Assembly: GCA_946624935.1 (NCBI GenBank)
Contig: CAMOSN010000002.1
Coordinates: 30,786-94,785 of the forward strand
From: an uncultured Lachnospiraceae bacterium
GTDB lineage: Bacteria > Bacillota > Clostridia > Lachnospirales > Lachnospiraceae
Direction of reading: 5' to 3'
Length of the DNA stretch: 64,000 bases
The notes under the pieces were generated by a model. The model had not been told where the DNA came from. It worked only from the letters and a program-made list of their open reading frames with translations, and searched no databases. This document shows, piece after piece, positions 63,996 through 64,000 of the stretch. The first letter of the stretch is position 1; each line of letters opens with the position of its first letter. Both the position numbers and the translations under genes were made by a program.

Positions 63996-64000
63996 CTATT

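Overview
This 64-kb chromosomal segment looks like a gut Clostridia (Lachnospiraceae-type) Firmicute. That is inferred from AGGAGG-type RBSs, a SpoIIE-type phosphatase, YesM/YesN-type sugar sensors and butyrate kinase. GC content looks intermediate by eye, with a few sharply AT-rich intergenic patches. Most genes are housekeeping or carbohydrate utilisation. They include a GH94 phosphorylase with a YesMN two-component system and ABC importer, a GH51 arabinofuranosidase with a lone ABC permease, and an N-acetylhexosamine-1-kinase/phosphohexomutase/ABC locus. Also present are an MBL-buk-pta operon, PepF, GldA, L25/Ctc, a sirtuin-Nudix-HAD operon behind a hybrid histidine kinase, and several secreted surface proteins. 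I saw no rRNA, tRNA, CRISPR array, transposase, integrase or canonical phage-defence operon. The most unusual items are these. (1) A perfect LexA (Cheo) box controls an operon of a small Zn-ribbon protein, a Y-family polymerase and an SRAP peptidase; it faces a translationally coupled pair of WYL-WCX proteins, a PafBC-like layout. (2) A tight five-gene operon combines a PLP transsulfuration-type enzyme, a truncated HypA-like Zn-ribbon, two tandem HypB GTPase paralogs and L-asparaginase, with no Ni-enzyme nearby. (3) A stand-alone winged-helix plus PD-(D/E)xK protein. (4) A LacI gene with a 5' frameshift is translationally coupled to a secreted serpin next to a truncated ABC operon. (5) An unannotated 24-aa hydrophobic peptide gene has a perfect RBS. 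(6) Several decayed genes and an AT-rich two-gene islet with palindromic operators. All functional calls come from reading the translations and motifs by eye; no database search was possible.
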